Positions 30,739-32,000 of a stretch of 32,000 bases of DNA are shown here, piece after piece (position 1 is the first letter of the stretch; every line of letters starts with the position of its first letter). Below the pieces are notes generated by a model, which searched no databases, was not told the DNA's origin, and worked only from the letters and a program-made list of their open reading frames with translations. Source of the stretch: Methanopyrus sp. SNP6. Lineage in GTDB: Archaea; JAADCQ01; Methanopyri; Methanopyrales; Methanopyraceae. The translations under genes were made by a program, and so were the position numbers. The DNA lies in contig NZ_CP019436.1 in the NCBI RefSeq assembly GCF_002201895.1, positions 1,059,867-1,091,866 of the forward strand, given 5' to 3'.

Positions 30739-31246
30739 GCTTCTAATACGGTCGGATGGAACCCGGGCGGTCGCGTCCGAGGGAGACGAGAAGTTCTTAA
30801 AGACTGACGAAGCCGAGGTCAGCAGGGAGTTAACACCCTTCGAAGCTTACCGGGAGATATGCAAGAAACTGGACGCGTCCGTTGTCGAGCTACCCGAAGA
30901 CGTAGGACATCCTGTCGACCCTGAGGTGGGATATCGGGTCCTGGAACTTCTGGAGAGCCTGTGGGACTCGGGGTTCAGGCGCTTGGGTGTTTTGGGAACC
31001 GTCGGGTGCGGTGCGCCCCTCCACGATATCGAGGTCGGGAACCCGGTTGGGTGGACCAGCGTTCGGGTTTCGAACCCAGGTTCAGATCTCGACCTTGTGG
31101 TCCCCCACCGAGATTACTTACTAGAGATGTCATCGTCTGGTTTCGAAACTGTAAAGCGTTTCTCCGACCGAGTGATAATGTCTCCCGTGGCGTTCACCGG
31201 GTTCACAACTCCCAGAGTCGAAGTCCGGTTACCCAGGGGGTGTTAA
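30689..31246 (+). CDS. Pol-beta-superfamily nucleotidyltransferase-like protein, MdcG-like (tentative)
   Basis: RLGVLGTVGCGAPLHD...NPGSDLDLVVPH resembles the G-x-x-G-[ST]...[ST]D[LI]D[LV] minimal nucleotidyltransferase signature, also used by phosphoribosyl-dephospho-CoA transferase MdcG. The ORF is open from 30611. I favour GTG 30689, which overlaps the CitG-like gene by 50 nt. Confidence 0.45.
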   Translation: MILHGGGVAELLDGTLRLLIRSDGTRAVASEGDEKFLKTDEAEVSRELTPFEAYREICKKLDASVVELPEDVGHPVDPEVGYRVLELLESLWDSGFRRLGVLGTVGCGAPLHDIEVGNPVGWTSVRVSNPGSDLDLVVPHRDYLLEMSSSGFETVKRFSDRVIMSPVAFTGFTTPRVEVRLPRGC

Positions 31247-31247
31247 C

Positions 31248-32000
31248 TTGACGGAAAAACTTGACAGCATGTTGCCCAAAACCGCACAAGGTTCGAACTT
31301 GAGCGATCTGAAGAACCTCCGCGATGCGTTGGATAAGTTTTCCGAGATCGAGCCGGATCTGGACGTCGAGTCACTGAAAGCTACGCTGGACGATCTGATT
31401 ACGCTCATGGAAGAAACAGGCGTGAAAGACGTTAGGGATCTCTGCGAAAAGTTTCTGGACTTCAAGCGCGAAAAGGAGCGGCTAGAAGAGCTCCTGAAGG
31501 AGTACTTCAAGCGATTGGAGGAGTTAGAGCGGAAGCTGCGAGCTCACGAGGAGAAGCTCCGCATCGAAGCCCGTCGTCGTAAGACCCTGGAGAAGGAGTT
31601 GGAGATGGAACGTGATGAAAAGGCCGAGCTGCGTGAGGAGCTACGGCGTAAAGAGGTTATGATCGAAAAGCTCCGTAGTGACCTGCAGCGAATGAAGAAG
31701 CCACCGCTCATCGTGGGTACCGTCGAAGAGATCCTCGACGACGGTCGCGTGATAGTGAAGAGTTCCACGGGTCCGAAGTTCGTCTCGAACGTGAGCCCTA
31801 CCGTGGACAGAAACGAGCTCGAACCTGGTGCAAACGTGGCCCTCAACCAGCAGAGCATGGCTGTGGTGGATGTGCTACCGTCGGAGAAGGACTCACGTGT
31901 ACTGGCGATGGAGGTGGACGAGTCACCCGACGTGTCGTACGACGATATCGGTGGTCTGGACGAGCAGATCCGCGAAATCCGGGAGGTCGTGGAGAAGCCG
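31248..32000 (+). CDS. pan: Proteasome-activating nucleotidase PAN (Rpt-like AAA+ ATPase); partial, continues past the right edge
   Basis: Not in the track (no stop in the window). My translation from TTG 31248 (GGGGGTG SD 5 nt upstream) is open for 251 codons. It shows a coiled coil (LEELERKLRAHEEKLRIEARRRKTLEKELE...), then PPLIVGTVEEILDDGRVIVKSSTGPKFVSNV...ALNQQSMAVVDVLP...VSYDDIGGLDEQIREIREVVEKP. Alternative starts are ATG 31269 or 31407. Confidence 0.9.
   Translation, partial: MTEKLDSMLPKTAQGSNLSDLKNLRDALDKFSEIEPDLDVESLKATLDDLITLMEETGVKDVRDLCEKFLDFKREKERLEELLKEYFKRLEELERKLRAHEEKLRIEARRRKTLEKELEMERDEKAELREELRRKEVMIEKLRSDLQRMKKPPLIVGTVEEILDDGRVIVKSSTGPKFVSNVSPTVDRNELEPGANVALNQQSMAVVDVLPSEKDSRVLAMEVDESPDVSYDDIGGLDEQIREIREVVEKP

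Noticed and set aside
1-32000. CRISPR arrays, IS elements, integrases, prophage or plasmid genes, rRNA/tRNA genes
   Set aside because: I saw no regularly spaced direct repeats and no transposase, integrase or recombinase-like ORFs. There are no terminal inverted repeats flanking a cassette and no stretch of low coding density long enough for rRNA.
1-32000. Selenocysteine or pyrrolysine recoding (in-frame TGA/TAG joining adjacent ORFs)
   Set aside because: All adjacent same-strand ORF pairs are in different frames or have normal coupled starts. None of the recognised families here is a known selenoprotein family.

Overview
This is a dense, high-GC archaeal chromosomal segment with about 46 protein-coding genes on both strands. 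Many genes are separated by 1-10 nt or share ATGA/GTGA-type start/stop overlaps. G-run Shine-Dalgarno (SD) boxes and GTG/TTG starts are frequent.

Recognisable core genes are TBP, TFB, Gar1 and PAN (partial, right edge), plus a fragment of the archaeal ribosomal-protein cluster (uL22-uS3-uL29-aSUI1 ... RNase P Rnp1). Also present are MetRS, HisB, ArgJ, an LOR/SDH-type (ornithine-cyclodeaminase-like) enzyme, 2-phosphoglycerate kinase, a CBS protein, a CYTH protein, a ClC channel homologue, a class-I flavoprotein disulfide reductase and an NfeD/stomatin pair.

The gene content suggests a hyperthermophilic methanogen of the Methanopyrus kandleri type: a cyclic-2,3-diphosphoglycerate (cDPG)-pathway kinase, a CofE-like protein, a CitG-like protein, and very acidic or Arg-rich proteins. 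That assignment is my inference, not a search result. I found no rRNA, tRNA, CRISPR array, transposase/integrase or prophage signature.

The most interesting items are:
1. A co-directional operon (28304-31246) pairs a CitG-like triphosphoribosyl-dephospho-CoA-synthase homologue with an MdcG-like Pol-beta nucleotidyltransferase. It also carries an RHH protein, a left-handed beta-helix (LbH) protein and an orphan, and has no citrate-lyase or malonate-decarboxylase genes.
2. A GTPase-domain-only FtsZ/tubulin-like protein has eroded nucleotide-binding loops and is followed by a small RHH protein (19770-20735).
3. Two tandem paralogous modules of an uncharacterised polytopic membrane domain plus an extracytoplasmic domain occur once fused and once split (10913-13802).
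4. A stomatin gene is broken by two +1 frameshifts, both in homopolymer runs (6383-7122).
5. A perfect 24-nt GC palindrome encodes the Arg-rich tail of Gar1 just upstream of tfb (17540-17563).

All product calls rest on motif recognition by eye. Start codons in particular are provisional.
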